A stretch of 35,650 bases of DNA from Elusimicrobiota bacterium (GCA_043813605.1 JBDRKX010000004.1:1-35650), one strand, 5' to 3'. Shown: positions 18,658-28,544, counted from the stretch's first letter. Notes: a model not told the origin generated them from the sequence alone. A program made the numbers and translations.

Positions 18658-20054
18658 CGAAGCAAGAAAAACTTGGGGGCACTTTCATAAAGGAACTCCC
18701 CGTAATCGCCAATAACTTTCCCAGTCTCCATTTAACTTTAAAACTCTTAACGCTAATAAGCTTGATAGCCCAGGATTAAGCCAGCTCATTCCACGACGTT
18801 TAAATCTCCGGGCAACTGACACATCCACTGTTTTTTCTATTGCGCCACTTGCACCCAGACAATTTACGGTTTTCCAGTTATTTATTCCATCCTCATTACT
18901 TTTAACATAGGAATATAAGTCTCTTAGTTTTTTCTGTCTATCCGGATCTCTTATCCGAGCATATAAGCTTTTTATTCTGTTTAGCAGCAATTTAGCATCA
19001 TAGGTTTCTCTTATCTCTGCTATCCAATTATCAGATGCTCTACGATGATCCTCTCCTAAAGCTTTTGCTATATGCCCTGTTAAATGCCAGAAATCTAAAA
19101 GATAGATTGCATTTTGGAAATCTTCCGCACAGATATTTTTTATCCAGATTGCTCCATCTCCCACAAATAATATCTCTTTCGCATCCCAAACTCCCCATCG
19201 GTTACATTCGGCTATAAATTCCTCTCTAAATCCTTCCACGCCCAGTGTTGTTGCATAAGTACGTTTATCTAATATCTTTCTTCGATTTTTACTAACCTGG
19301 GCTGTCTTGGAATATATTATCCCAACCTTACATTCCATAGAGCGGGATTTAGTTTTATTCCTATTTTTCACAAAAGTTCCATCTACCTGCACAAATACTC
19401 GATTCCTTTCTTCCTCTTTTACTGGGATACTATTTTTCTCAAATATTTCTGCTCGAGCTTTCTGAGCCTGAGCTTTTAATCGCTCGCCTTCTTCTTTGGC
19501 TATATTCTGTATTTGACGACCACTTATTTTTATTCCAGTCAACCTTTTCATATTTTCAGAAGCTTTGTCATAGACGGTATCTGTTGCTAAATACAATGAT
19601 TGTTCTATCAACCCCAACGTCATATTACTGTTTTCTCTCAGATTTAAAACCTCATCCAGCGGATACTTTATTTTTCCACAATGATAACATTTCAATTTCA
19701 CTCTACTAAACTCTACTTCTCCTACTATGCTTATTACTTTTCTCTTAACCCGCCCTCGATGCCGCCATTTTCTTTTTCCACATTCACATTTTGTTTTCTT
19801 TAACAATAACTGGACGTCTATTCTCATTAACATCTGTTCTAATAATCGCTTTCCCAGCTCTTGCAACTCAGTCTTTATCTCTTTCTCTAGCAAATTGATA
19901 TCTGTTCCCGTTAGTTTTACTTTTACTTCGTCTTTTAATAGAATTTCTTTCATAAGGCACACTCCTTTCTTGTTTCTCTTCAAAACAAGATTTTATAGGG
20001 TGTGCCTTTTTATTGCAACTCTCCTCAATCTGCCCCCAAGTTTTTCTTACTTCT
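18658..20054 (-). mobile_element. ISLre2-like (prokaryotic Mutator-like) IS with terminal IRs and a 9-bp TSD
   Basis: IR GAAG(C/T)AAGAAAAACTTGGGGGCA at 18659-18681 and 20031-20053; direct repeat ATTATAATA at 18649-18657 and 20055-20063. Confidence 0.9.
18685..19953 (-). CDS. ISLre2/UPF0236-type DDE transposase
   Basis: VDGTFV, GDGAIWI, LDFWH, SGAIEK...RFKRRGMSW; N-terminal CxC...CxxC; AAAGGAG RBS before the ATG at 19953. Confidence 0.9.
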   Translation of the reverse strand: MKEILLKDEVKVKLTGTDINLLEKEIKTELQELGKRLLEQMLMRIDVQLLLKKTKCECGKRKWRHRGRVKRKVISIVGEVEFSRVKLKCYHCGKIKYPLDEVLNLRENSNMTLGLIEQSLYLATDTVYDKASENMKRLTGIKISGRQIQNIAKEEGERLKAQAQKARAEIFEKNSIPVKEEERNRVFVQVDGTFVKNRNKTKSRSMECKVGIIYSKTAQVSKNRRKILDKRTYATTLGVEGFREEFIAECNRWGVWDAKEILFVGDGAIWIKNICAEDFQNAIYLLDFWHLTGHIAKALGEDHRRASDNWIAEIRETYDAKLLLNRIKSLYARIRDPDRQKKLRDLYSYVKSNEDGINNWKTVNCLGASGAIEKTVDVSVARRFKRRGMSWLNPGLSSLLALRVLKLNGDWESYWRLRGVPL

Positions 20055-20068
20055 ATTATAATATATGC

Positions 20069-20494
20069 ATGGCTAAACCATTACGCGTAACATTCTGGGC
20101 AATGATGGCGATTTTCCTCGTAATACTTTCCGAGTTCTTTGTGCCTTTTGTTAAGATTTTTGTAAACGGTACGGAACTCTTTTTACTGCCGATCATCATC
20201 TTTTTTTTAATGGGATTACTGATGGTCTACCTGACTGTTAAAAGCGATGAAAAAGGTTTACTCAGAAGATCTTTACTCCTGGCAGGCGCTTCTTCTGCGG
20301 GGTTTTTTGTGTTTATATTCCTTCATAACGCTTTTTACGCGTTGAACACTCTGACAAAAAACATTCTACTCCTAAAATACCTTACTGAAGGTCTTCACAT
20401 AGTATCTTTTATTGTTGCAGTCTTTATCTGCCCGGCAGGTTTTCTGGTCGGCGCGGCAGCTGTCATATACCTGCAATTCAAAAAAACCGTTTAG
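20069..20494 (+). CDS. Hypothetical membrane protein, about 4 TM segments
   Basis: MAKPLRVTFWAMM... begins just outside the TSD; the upstream part of track ORF 19727..20494 is IS antisense sequence. Confidence 0.75.
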   Translation: MAKPLRVTFWAMMAIFLVILSEFFVPFVKIFVNGTELFLLPIIIFFLMGLLMVYLTVKSDEKGLLRRSLLLAGASSAGFFVFIFLHNAFYALNTLTKNILLLKYLTEGLHIVSFIVAVFICPAGFLVGAAAVIYLQFKKTV

Positions 20495-20581
20495 TCCTTA
20501 CAAAGCATCATATACATAATATTTGATTAATCGTTTTAGAACGGTATAATTACAGTCATAATAAATACGGAAGGAGAAACA

Positions 20582-20689
20582 ATGCTAAATAAAAAAGATA
20601 TATATACCATTTCAGAAAAATGCCGTGATCTGGAAAAAATGGCATACAAAGTATATTTACATTTTTCCAAATTCAAACGGATATTATAA
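20582..20689 (+). pseudogene. 35-aa remnant resembling the first helix of a ferritin-like protein
   Basis: AAGGAG RBS; MLNKKDIYTISEKCRDLEKMAYKVYLHFSKFKRIL* has an E-x2-A-x3-Y pattern. Confidence 0.4.
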
Positions 20690-20711
20690 TAAATATAAAA
20701 TTTTGATTTTA

Positions 20712-21080
20712 TTATTCTCCTAATATATTATGGACCTTCTCTATCAGCTTTTCGGCAAGCCCGCCTTTTATCACATAATCAGAAGCGCCCAGTTCATAAG
20801 CTTTCTTCTTGTTCTCTTCCTGACATAAGGCAGTAAATACTATATATGATATATTCTTTGTGTCTTCACTCCTGTTTAGCTCTTCCATAAGCCTGAATCC
20901 ATCCATTTTAGGCATCATTAAATCTGAAATGATCAAATCCGGTCTCTCATTACTAATGAGTCTCAACGCGGCTTCTCCGTCTTCAGCTATTGAAACAATA
21001 AAACCTTCAGACTCGAGCAGCATTTTGTTCATCTTAAGCATATTCTGATGATCGTCAACCAATAATATTTTTTTTGCCAT
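20712..21080 (-). CDS. Single-domain response regulator (CheY-like)
   Basis: ILLVDD, PDLIISDLMMPKMDG, FTA, GASDYVIK. Confidence 0.95.
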   Translation of the reverse strand: MAKKILLVDDHQNMLKMNKMLLESEGFIVSIAEDGEAALRLISNERPDLIISDLMMPKMDGFRLMEELNRSEDTKNISYIVFTALCQEENKKKAYELGASDYVIKGGLAEKLIEKVHNILGE

Positions 21081-21200
21081 ACTTATTTTACCTAAATATA
21101 TTCTTTCTGAATAAAAAAAGAATCATCACTGTAAAAGAGTATCTCCCTTACAACTATGATTATACCACTATATACCGAGGAATGGCAGATAATTCTAAAA

Positions 21201-22112
21201 TCAGACTCCGAGAAAGGCTCTGAGCGTGGTCCTTGCACTTATTACTATACCCTTTGATTTATTGTATAATTTATCATATTCATCACTGAAATCTTTATAA
21301 CATTCCTCAAACGATAAAGTATTATTTTTACTATCTTCAGGTTCTTTTATCTCCCTCCATAATAAGGCAAGAATTCTCTCAGTCCTTTCTATCTGGTCAA
21401 TCGAACCGCTGTATTGTCTGAAAGACCTTTCATCGGAAAGAGTTCCAAGAGGAAAAACCGAAATGCTGTATTTCCATTTTTTTTCAGCGAAATTCCATGA
21501 CTTTATGATGAAATTCAATGTTTGTTCATATGCAAATTTCCTGTTGTTTTTAAGAAGGTCGTGAAGCACGGAAGCTTTAAAATTTATAAATTCCGATCTT
21601 GGCCTGTTTAGAGACAACGCCCGGATGCTTTTTGATATTTCGGGGAACCAATTTGCCAGCAGCGCGTATGTGCCGTATGTATCGACCAAACCCTTTGCGC
21701 TGTATTCTTCCCCGGGCCTGAAATCGCCTATAGTTATGTCTTTATCCTGCTGTTTTATAAAGTATCCTAGATTCTGATAAAATTCATCTTCTTTATCAAT
21801 ATAATCTATGTCTCCTGGTATCTGAATAATTCTCTCGGATTCAGGATACCGGTCTAATACGTATCCCCACCCGATTAACCACATCTGGCATGTGTCTACT
21901 GCCCATGTTTCAATAACTTCCAGTTCTTGAAACCGGTCATCTTCAACAAATGAATTTGCCTTGTTGTTTATTACTGTATCTCTATTTAAGACTACAATCG
22001 GATTTAGATCCAGTTCTTTACATTTATCAACAGTCCACCAGAAAAAGTATTCACACTGTTTGTTATGTTCATACCCGCCATAAGGGAATATAATTATTAC
22101 TTTTGAATTCAT
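21201..22112 (-). CDS. Hypothetical protein, possible divergent GT-A glycosyltransferase
   Basis: N-terminal beta strand VIIIFP; DxD in IIQIPGDID; LLANWFPE...RPRSEF; AAGGAG RBS. Confidence 0.5.
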   Translation of the reverse strand: MNSKVIIIFPYGGYEHNKQCEYFFWWTVDKCKELDLNPIVVLNRDTVINNKANSFVEDDRFQELEVIETWAVDTCQMWLIGWGYVLDRYPESERIIQIPGDIDYIDKEDEFYQNLGYFIKQQDKDITIGDFRPGEEYSAKGLVDTYGTYALLANWFPEISKSIRALSLNRPRSEFINFKASVLHDLLKNNRKFAYEQTLNFIIKSWNFAEKKWKYSISVFPLGTLSDERSFRQYSGSIDQIERTERILALLWREIKEPEDSKNNTLSFEECYKDFSDEYDKLYNKSKGIVISARTTLRAFLGV

Positions 22113-22522
22113 TTGTTGTACTCCTTGTACCCTGCTTTTCTTTCAGCGATATAAAACAACTCTGTATAATATCAGGTCCGCATGCATTTAAAATCTATGA
22201 TAAATACATTTTTCTGCATATCTTATCACAATTGTATAATAATAGAAACAACAAAGTTACCGTATGAAGATATTTTCAATAATCGGTATTACAATGCTGT
22301 TTTATGCCAAACCTGAAATATGAGACTGTTCTTAACACTATCTGATAATCCCGTAATATTATATCTATTTAAATATTAAATCACTTCGACACCAAGGAAT
22401 GGTACAAATTCCGCAAGGGGATAACAATCCTACTGGAAATTACTAAAAGACGGAATTGACCTGAAAAATTGAAGAACTATTCGGAATCGGGTTTTCCATT
22501 TAAATTAAAAAGAAGCATTCCG

Positions 22523-23158
22523 TCAGCCATTAATAAACCATACTTTTTTTAAGGAATCAAGAATAGCACTGACTGCCTGCCTTATTGCAGAATCCACATA
22601 AAAGGAGTCATAGAAATATGAACTGGCCCAGATCACTTCACCGGTCACTACATCAACCATTCTTGCGCTGATACCTATTTCAGCTTCTATTAAAAAAATC
22701 TCTTCCTGCAGTTCTCCTTTGTCATCTTTTATGTATACCCGCTCTTTTCTATCAGGAATATATCTGGTGACAGTTCCCATAATCAACGCATCTACCCCAA
22801 GGATCTTTCCCATTTCTCTTATTGTCGCAGGATCTATGTTTCCGCTTTTCCAGAGGTGCTGTTCCCTGAGGATACTTTCAATACGAGAGCGTTCTACTAC
22901 TCTTGTGCCCCTGCTCAATAATTGAAAGACGAATTCGTCTGCCACAGCATTCCCCGGATCGTTATATGTGTTTATTATCTGGATTTGAGAGCTGTCAAAC
23001 CTTAATACGCCTACACGCTCGATCTTATTGAAGTTATAATCCGGCCTGAACGCTACTTTTGGGCCGCAGCCGGTAAAGGTCACTGCAGCAGCAGCCAGAA
23101 ATACAATGAAAATGCCTGCTTTTTTGTTAATAAGATATCTCATCATATTACTTTTCAT
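22523..23158 (-). CDS. CsgG/HfaB-like lipoprotein
   Basis: Lipobox FTGC; VVERSRIESILREQ, GKILGVDALIMGTV, RMVDVVTGEVIW. Confidence 0.85.
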   Translation of the reverse strand: MKSNMMRYLINKKAGIFIVFLAAAAVTFTGCGPKVAFRPDYNFNKIERVGVLRFDSSQIQIINTYNDPGNAVADEFVFQLLSRGTRVVERSRIESILREQHLWKSGNIDPATIREMGKILGVDALIMGTVTRYIPDRKERVYIKDDKGELQEEIFLIEAEIGISARMVDVVTGEVIWASSYFYDSFYVDSAIRQAVSAILDSLKKVWFING

Positions 23159-23597
23159 TTTTTCCCTTCAACCTGTCCAGATGTTTTTTTGCTGTTTCTT
23201 CATGCTTGCTGTCAGGATCGAATGAAAGATATTTTTCCCAGGTTTCTATTGCCAGTTTATCGTCTTCTAATTTTTCATATAGTTTTGCAAGAATAAAATA
23301 TGTCCTTCTATTTTCCGGATCCAGCTCAATGGCTTTTTTCAGCAACTCAACCGCTTCGCCTTCCATCTTCATATTGATATATACAACCCCGAGGGCTAAA
23401 TATGCATTTTTATAATCGCTGTCGCTTGTAATCACCTTAGTGAACTGCTGGATGGCCTTTTCATATTTGCCCTGATTGGTATATTCTATTCCCTTTTTAA
23501 AAGTACTGTCCACTTCATCAGTTTCAGCTAATAAACATATCCCGGAAATCATCAATATGAAAACGGCGATGATACCTGTTATCTTTTTATTTGACAC
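23148..23597 (-). CDS. Secreted TPR protein
   Basis: Signal peptide and about three TPR repeats (AYLALGVVY, KKAIELDP). Confidence 0.88.
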   Translation of the reverse strand: MSNKKITGIIAVFILMISGICLLAETDEVDSTFKKGIEYTNQGKYEKAIQQFTKVITSDSDYKNAYLALGVVYINMKMEGEAVELLKKAIELDPENRRTYFILAKLYEKLEDDKLAIETWEKYLSFDPDSKHEETAKKHLDRLKGKNEK

Positions 23598-23691
23598 ATA
23601 ATCCTCCTGTTTATTTAACTATGCTTTTATAATTTAGACAATTCACACGGTCAAATTGTTTCATTATTACAAAACGAGCGTATGTTCATAC

Positions 23692-24324
23692 CTAGAATTT
23701 GATCATTTCGAATTTCGTAAGTTTTGTCAGGCGTCTTGTACCCGGAGCATTGAGCATGTGCCATGCCGTATATTGTTCGGCATATATGTCAGCTGCAGAC
23801 ATCCCGTCTACCGGTATGACCACATTAAATCCTCGCATTGATGCTCCTGTCGCCGTATGAAGCACGGCTCCTTCGGCTGTTGTTCCTGCTATGATGACGG
23901 TTTCAATGCTTTTGGCGCGCAGTATGGATTCAAGTTCGGTATTATAGAATTTGTCTACACTGGACTTCACAACCGGTTCATTTTCAAGCGGTTTCACTTC
24001 AGGCAGGATAGTATCAGTCGTCCCGGCCGAAGTAAGGCTGTATATTACCATCAGCCCTTTTTTTCTTGATTTTTTCAGAAACTCAGCTATAGCAGGCACG
24101 GAATCTATACACCTGGGCCTTCTTGCCAGGTTACAGGTCCTTTCTTCTATGTCGAGTATAAGAAAAGCGGTTTTTTCTACATCTATTTCAATTGTCTGCA
24201 GTTCAACAGCAGCTGGCGGTTTTACTTCATCCCACAACTCGATCACAGTGTCATCTGCAAAAACACCGGAAAAAGAAGATACGATCAATAGCACAGTCAA
24301 TAGAAGCTTGTTCTTTTCCATCAT
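23692..24324 (-). CDS. Exported isochorismatase/cysteine-hydrolase family protein
   Basis: TAFLILD, DKFYNTELESILR, AGTTAEGAVLHTA; signal peptide. Confidence 0.88.
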   Translation of the reverse strand: MMEKNKLLLTVLLIVSSFSGVFADDTVIELWDEVKPPAAVELQTIEIDVEKTAFLILDIEERTCNLARRPRCIDSVPAIAEFLKKSRKKGLMVIYSLTSAGTTDTILPEVKPLENEPVVKSSVDKFYNTELESILRAKSIETVIIAGTTAEGAVLHTATGASMRGFNVVIPVDGMSAADIYAEQYTAWHMLNAPGTRRLTKLTKFEMIKF

Positions 24325-24425
24325 GCCCCCTTACTCATTAATACCGCCATGATCACAATACCGCCATTTTGAACTTTCGGACTTAAAAAACAGCTTTAAA
24401 GTATTCAGGTATTACAGCCTTTTTT

Positions 24426-25007
24426 CTATTCGAAATTCACCTGGGGAACTTCTTTAGCTTTTTCTTCTATTTCGAAATACGGCCGTGGTTCGTTCAGCCC
24501 TCTTTTTTTTGCAAAAAACGCACCTATAACTTCCCTTCGATAAGTATTGAATATCTTAGCCGCTCTGTTATACCGGGTTCTTGCCACTGCAATGCGGTTT
24601 TCCGTACCGGAGAGCTCATCCTGCAGTTTCATGAAATTTTCGTTAGCTTTCAATTGCGGATAATTCTCAACAATCACCAGCAATCGTGAGAGTGCGCTCT
24701 GCATTTCCTGCGCCGCCTCTATTTTTGCTCCAAGTGACCCGTTCTGGCTGATCAAACCGGCCAACTTGGCCCTTGCATCAGCGACATGGATAAACAGCTC
24801 CTTTTCGTGTTTTGCATAACCTTTTACCGTATTAATAAGATTTGGAATGAGATCGCTCCTTCTTTGAAGCTGGTTTTCGATTTCCGCCCAGGATTGATTA
24901 ACTTCCTCATCCATCCGGACTACTTTGTTTAAACCGCCTATATACCAGCCGATCCCGATAATAACAACTACAACAACAACTATTAAAACAATAAAACCGT
25001 TTTTCAT
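24426..25007 (-). CDS. lemA: LemA family protein
   Basis: QLQRRSDLIPNL, ENYPQLKANENF, TENRIAVAR-x-RYN. Confidence 0.95.
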   Translation of the reverse strand: MKNGFIVLIVVVVVVIIGIGWYIGGLNKVVRMDEEVNQSWAEIENQLQRRSDLIPNLINTVKGYAKHEKELFIHVADARAKLAGLISQNGSLGAKIEAAQEMQSALSRLLVIVENYPQLKANENFMKLQDELSGTENRIAVARTRYNRAAKIFNTYRREVIGAFFAKKRGLNEPRPYFEIEEKAKEVPQVNFE

Positions 25008-25034
25008 ATTATACCTCTCTTTACAATATAATCA

Positions 25035-25746
25035 TCACCACGAACCGCTCGCACCGCCTCCGCCTGACATCCCGCCGCCGAACCCCGCCGAACCCGCCGA
25101 ACCCGCCTCCGCCGCTGCTGTAATGTCCTCTGCCATACCCGCCGATGAAAAGCGGAAAAAAGAACATTCTGCCGCTCAGGATCAGCAGGATGAATATTAT
25201 ATTAAAAATCACCGCTAAAGGCGACGTCTTGCGTTCGGCCTTCTCAGGCAGCCGGTATTTTCCACTGATCGGCACGCCCATCTCCTCGGACATAAGTTTA
25301 AGCAATACTAATGATCCGCGCAGTATACCCTGGTCCATGTTTCCCTGTTTAAAGTACGGTATTATGTCCGTTCTGATAATCTCGCCGGCACGGCTGTCAG
25401 GAATAGCTCCTTCAAACCCGTATCCTACTTCTATGCGTACTTTCCTGTCACTTGGCGATACCAATAATAGAACACCGGTATCTTTGCCCTTTTTTCCTAT
25501 ACCCCACTTTTCAAATAACTGCCATGCATAACTCTCTACATCCATACCATCCAGATCTTTCACAATAACGACAGCTAATTGAGCGCCGCTTTTCTGTTCC
25601 AGTTCGTATGCCAGGGAATGAATTGCATCTTTTGTCTGGCTGCTGATTATCCCGGCATAATCATTTACATACCCTTTGGGACTGGGAAAGGCAGCGCCAA
25701 TGAACAGGCAGCTCAAGAGCAAGATCAATAAATGTCTTTTTTTCAT
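25035..25746 (-). CDS. TPM-domain protein with a 1-nt frameshift in the Gly-rich tail
   Basis: GYVNDYAG, WGIGKKGKDTGVLLLV, RIEVGYGFEG; removing one G at 25083-25086 restores FGGGMSGGGGASGSW*. Confidence 0.88.
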
Positions 25747-25748
25747 CT

Positions 25749-26414
25749 TCAGGATATTTCCATTTTATCTGCCAGGACTGCAAGTTCTTCAATTTTTTCA
25801 TAGAAATCATAAATAAGTTTCTTGTAATCCTCCGGCGCCGTCCCGCTCCTCCAATTCACGATATCTTTTACAGGCTGCAGTTCAATATTAAATTGCTTCT
25901 GAGCACTGTCCAGTACCGCTGCGGCCGTATCCGGGAGAGTAACACCTGCCAGATTAAGCAACCCTTTAATCCCGTGTACAATATCTTCAACCGCCAGGAA
26001 AACAGTTTTAGAAAGTTCTTTTTTCCTGTCACCCATTTCCAGTATTATCTGTGTTATTCTTATTAAAGCGCCTTTGATCTTCTGCTCACTTTCCAGTCTC
26101 ACATTATCCGTAGGTACATTCAATTCCTGTAAAATATCATCTCCATATACTACTTCATAGCTGTTCTTCATACTTATGTATTCAAGCGGATATACATCGC
26201 ATGATGTTTTCATATATTCCTTTGTCAGATACATGAGAATAATTTTATTTTTCTGTAATTTCTTCGCTATCCTGGAATTTTCAAGCAGATTATTGAAGTT
26301 TATCTCTTTTAACAATACCAGCACATGGTTAGTATTATGCCTTATAATCGAAATAAGATTATCTTTATTTAGTTCCTTTATTTCTTCAAATTGAAAATCA
26401 CTGTTTTTTGCCAT
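25749..26414 (-). CDS. Hypothetical protein of the lemA/TPM operon, possible degenerate nucleotidyltransferase fold
   Basis: SCDVYPLEY...VYGDDIL...RLESEQKIKG; AAAAGGAG RBS; no clear N-terminal GS/DxD motif. Confidence 0.6.
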   Translation of the reverse strand: MAKNSDFQFEEIKELNKDNLISIIRHNTNHVLVLLKEINFNNLLENSRIAKKLQKNKIILMYLTKEYMKTSCDVYPLEYISMKNSYEVVYGDDILQELNVPTDNVRLESEQKIKGALIRITQIILEMGDRKKELSKTVFLAVEDIVHGIKGLLNLAGVTLPDTAAAVLDSAQKQFNIELQPVKDIVNWRSGTAPEDYKKLIYDFYEKIEELAVLADKMEIS

Positions 26415-26673
26415 TGGATACTCCTTTTAGACTGTAATCTGCATTCATGTTACCTATTACTTCATTATAAATCAAACCGCCTGTAAAACATGCACATTTA
26501 ATTGTCTTTCATTTGTCCTGGAACAGTTCTCTTGGAAAAGTTCGATACTGAATAATGGTATCTGTGTAAGGATTATGGACTATACTGTATGAAACAAACT
26601 AACCTGTGAAATTATCACAAGCCGAGAAAAATATTTTATATTATATTATCAAGCAGCAGATTAAAGAAAGGAT

Positions 26674-26770
26674 CTATTGAGCCCATCCGATCCCCGCCGA
26701 AAAGCCGGATGCCTCGCACATTGCAGTCTTGGTCGTGAGCGAAGTCGAATGGGTCCGGCTGTTTCTAATA
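26674..26770. repeat. Degenerate REP-like GC-rich palindromic element
   Basis: GC-rich island in an AT-rich spacer; GCCCATCCGA pairs imperfectly with TCGAATGGGT; outer CTATT/AATAG; contains GAGCGAAGTCGAA. Confidence 0.4.
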
Positions 26771-26779
26771 GCTTCTTAT

Positions 26780-26938
26780 CTATTTTGTCGTCACGACTCT
26801 CTCTTTTCTTTTCAGCGATACGATTATGTCCTTGAGCCGTTGAACTTCTTCTTCGTGTTGACTCAGCAACCGCATGATAGTCTTGTTGTGCCGCTCCAGA
26901 GTCATTGTCTTAAGAATGGTGTCTCCTTTTCTGATCAT
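26780..26938 (-). CDS. Small hypothetical coiled-coil protein (52 aa)
   Basis: AGGAG RBS before MIRKGD...; charged helical sequence. Confidence 0.45.
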   Translation of the reverse strand: MIRKGDTILKTMTLERHNKTIMRLLSQHEEEVQRLKDIIVSLKRKERVVTTK

Positions 26939-27313
26939 ATTATTTGTTCTCCTATATTCTTTACACATCAATCAAAACCCTATGTCATCCCTGTACCCGA
27001 TAGACAGTTTACATATAATAAATTGTTGTGTTTACACCCCCCTTTTTTTAAAATAAGTTGAGTTTGTTTTATAAAATTTTTATTATAGCATATTTTTGGC
27101 GATAAACATAATAAATAGAGCACAAAAGATGATAAGCAGAGCGCAAAAACATCAGAAAAGTGAAATTCGGTTTAAATATGTAATATAATATGATTTCTAT
27201 TTCAAAACCGGTATGGAATAAAAGACAGAACCGTCCCACTACCATATATCACTGAATAATAAGGGACAAATGCGTGATTGCAGAACCTGACCCATTTGCG
27301 CGAGACAACCGTT

Positions 27314-27934
27314 TTATTGAAGAAGTTTTTTTATTTTTTCTATGACTATGTTTTTTTCGCTAGCAGGATTATATCTGAATTCTATCTTTGCATCAATAAA
27401 TCGTTTGAGTTTTCTTATATTGGAATAATTGATCTTATTATGAAAAACAAATGAATTAAATGTCTCCCAGAGAAATACCCACCCTCCGATAAACAATCCT
27501 TCCTGCAGGACAGACAATAGGACATTATTCTGCAGTTTATATTGCATGATTATTGCAAGTACGAGGAAGACGGCAGATATAGCGATATATACCATCCCTC
27601 TTTTATTTCCTACAGCGATCTCTTTTCTTACCAGATCAAGCATGAACAGGAAATATATCATTATCCCCTCGAGTATTATCTGCTCTTTTTCATCATTCCT
27701 TTTTTCTTCCGGAAGATTCAGTATTATCATTAGTTTATATTTAAGCGGTATGTCATCCGAACATTCATCCAGGAAAGTGTGAAGATCATGATTTATGTCC
27801 CTTTTCTTGTACGGAGCAGGATCCCATTCATTGAAGACTTCATCATATTTATCCAGCGCCACTTCTATTACAAAGGCGCCTGTTTCTTTGTCCGTTTGGT
27901 ATATATCTTTAAAATGTATCTTTCTTCTTTTCAT
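27314..27934 (-). CDS. Hypothetical membrane protein
   Basis: FNEWDPAPYKKRDI motif; two TM segments ending in EGLFIGGWVFLWE. Confidence 0.75.
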   Translation of the reverse strand: MKRRKIHFKDIYQTDKETGAFVIEVALDKYDEVFNEWDPAPYKKRDINHDLHTFLDECSDDIPLKYKLMIILNLPEEKRNDEKEQIILEGIMIYFLFMLDLVRKEIAVGNKRGMVYIAISAVFLVLAIIMQYKLQNNVLLSVLQEGLFIGGWVFLWETFNSFVFHNKINYSNIRKLKRFIDAKIEFRYNPASEKNIVIEKIKKLLQ

Positions 27935-28032
27935 AATATATTTTCCAGTGATATCTGAATTATACTATTTCTCTGCATTTTAAAATAGTACTATGCTGAA
28001 AAACGGCAGGATACCAGTGTATTCGTATAAGA

Positions 28033-28506
28033 TTAATCCTTATGGCGCTTTGCGATTTTGGAATATACACCTTTTTGAAATAATACTACAACATTCTCGA
28101 GCACATTAACAATCGATAGGACTGTTACTGTTACCGCAGAGAGTATAATAGAAGCAATATGTTTTTCCAGTCCTATCAGAATACCGATGCCTGCCAATAT
28201 CCAGATTACTGCAGCGGAAGTAACGCCGATGACTATCCCTTCGCGGGTCAGTATGACACCCGCACCGAGGAATCCTATCCCCGTAATAATCTGCCCTATG
28301 ATCCTTGAAGGATCGGTGGTATTCCCCTGTTGAAGTATATAATTTGAAGTGACGAACACGTAGGTTCCCAGGCATATGAGAATACTGGTGCGTATGCCTG
28401 CGGGTTTTCCTGCGAGCTGGCGTTCTGTACCGATAATCAAGCCGCAAAGAACGGCAGTCGCCATACCGGCGATATCGAGCGGGAATAAAAGTTCCTGTAA
28501 ATTCAT
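28033..28506 (-). CDS. MgtC/SapB family protein
   Basis: IGTERQ-x3-KPAGIRT, DPSRIIGQIITGIGFLGAG, GVTSAA. Confidence 0.95.
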   Translation of the reverse strand: MNLQELLFPLDIAGMATAVLCGLIIGTERQLAGKPAGIRTSILICLGTYVFVTSNYILQQGNTTDPSRIIGQIITGIGFLGAGVILTREGIVIGVTSAAVIWILAGIGILIGLEKHIASIILSAVTVTVLSIVNVLENVVVLFQKGVYSKIAKRHKD

Positions 28507-28544
28507 TACTATTAATTTATCCTTTCAAACAGTTAATACTGCTC

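Noticed and set aside
19727..20068. N-terminal part of the 255-aa track ORF
   Set aside because: It is antisense to the transposase and crosses the IR; the real gene starts at 20069.
22260..22520. Possible plus-strand gene remnant
   Set aside because: Short frames broken by stops, with no recognisable family.
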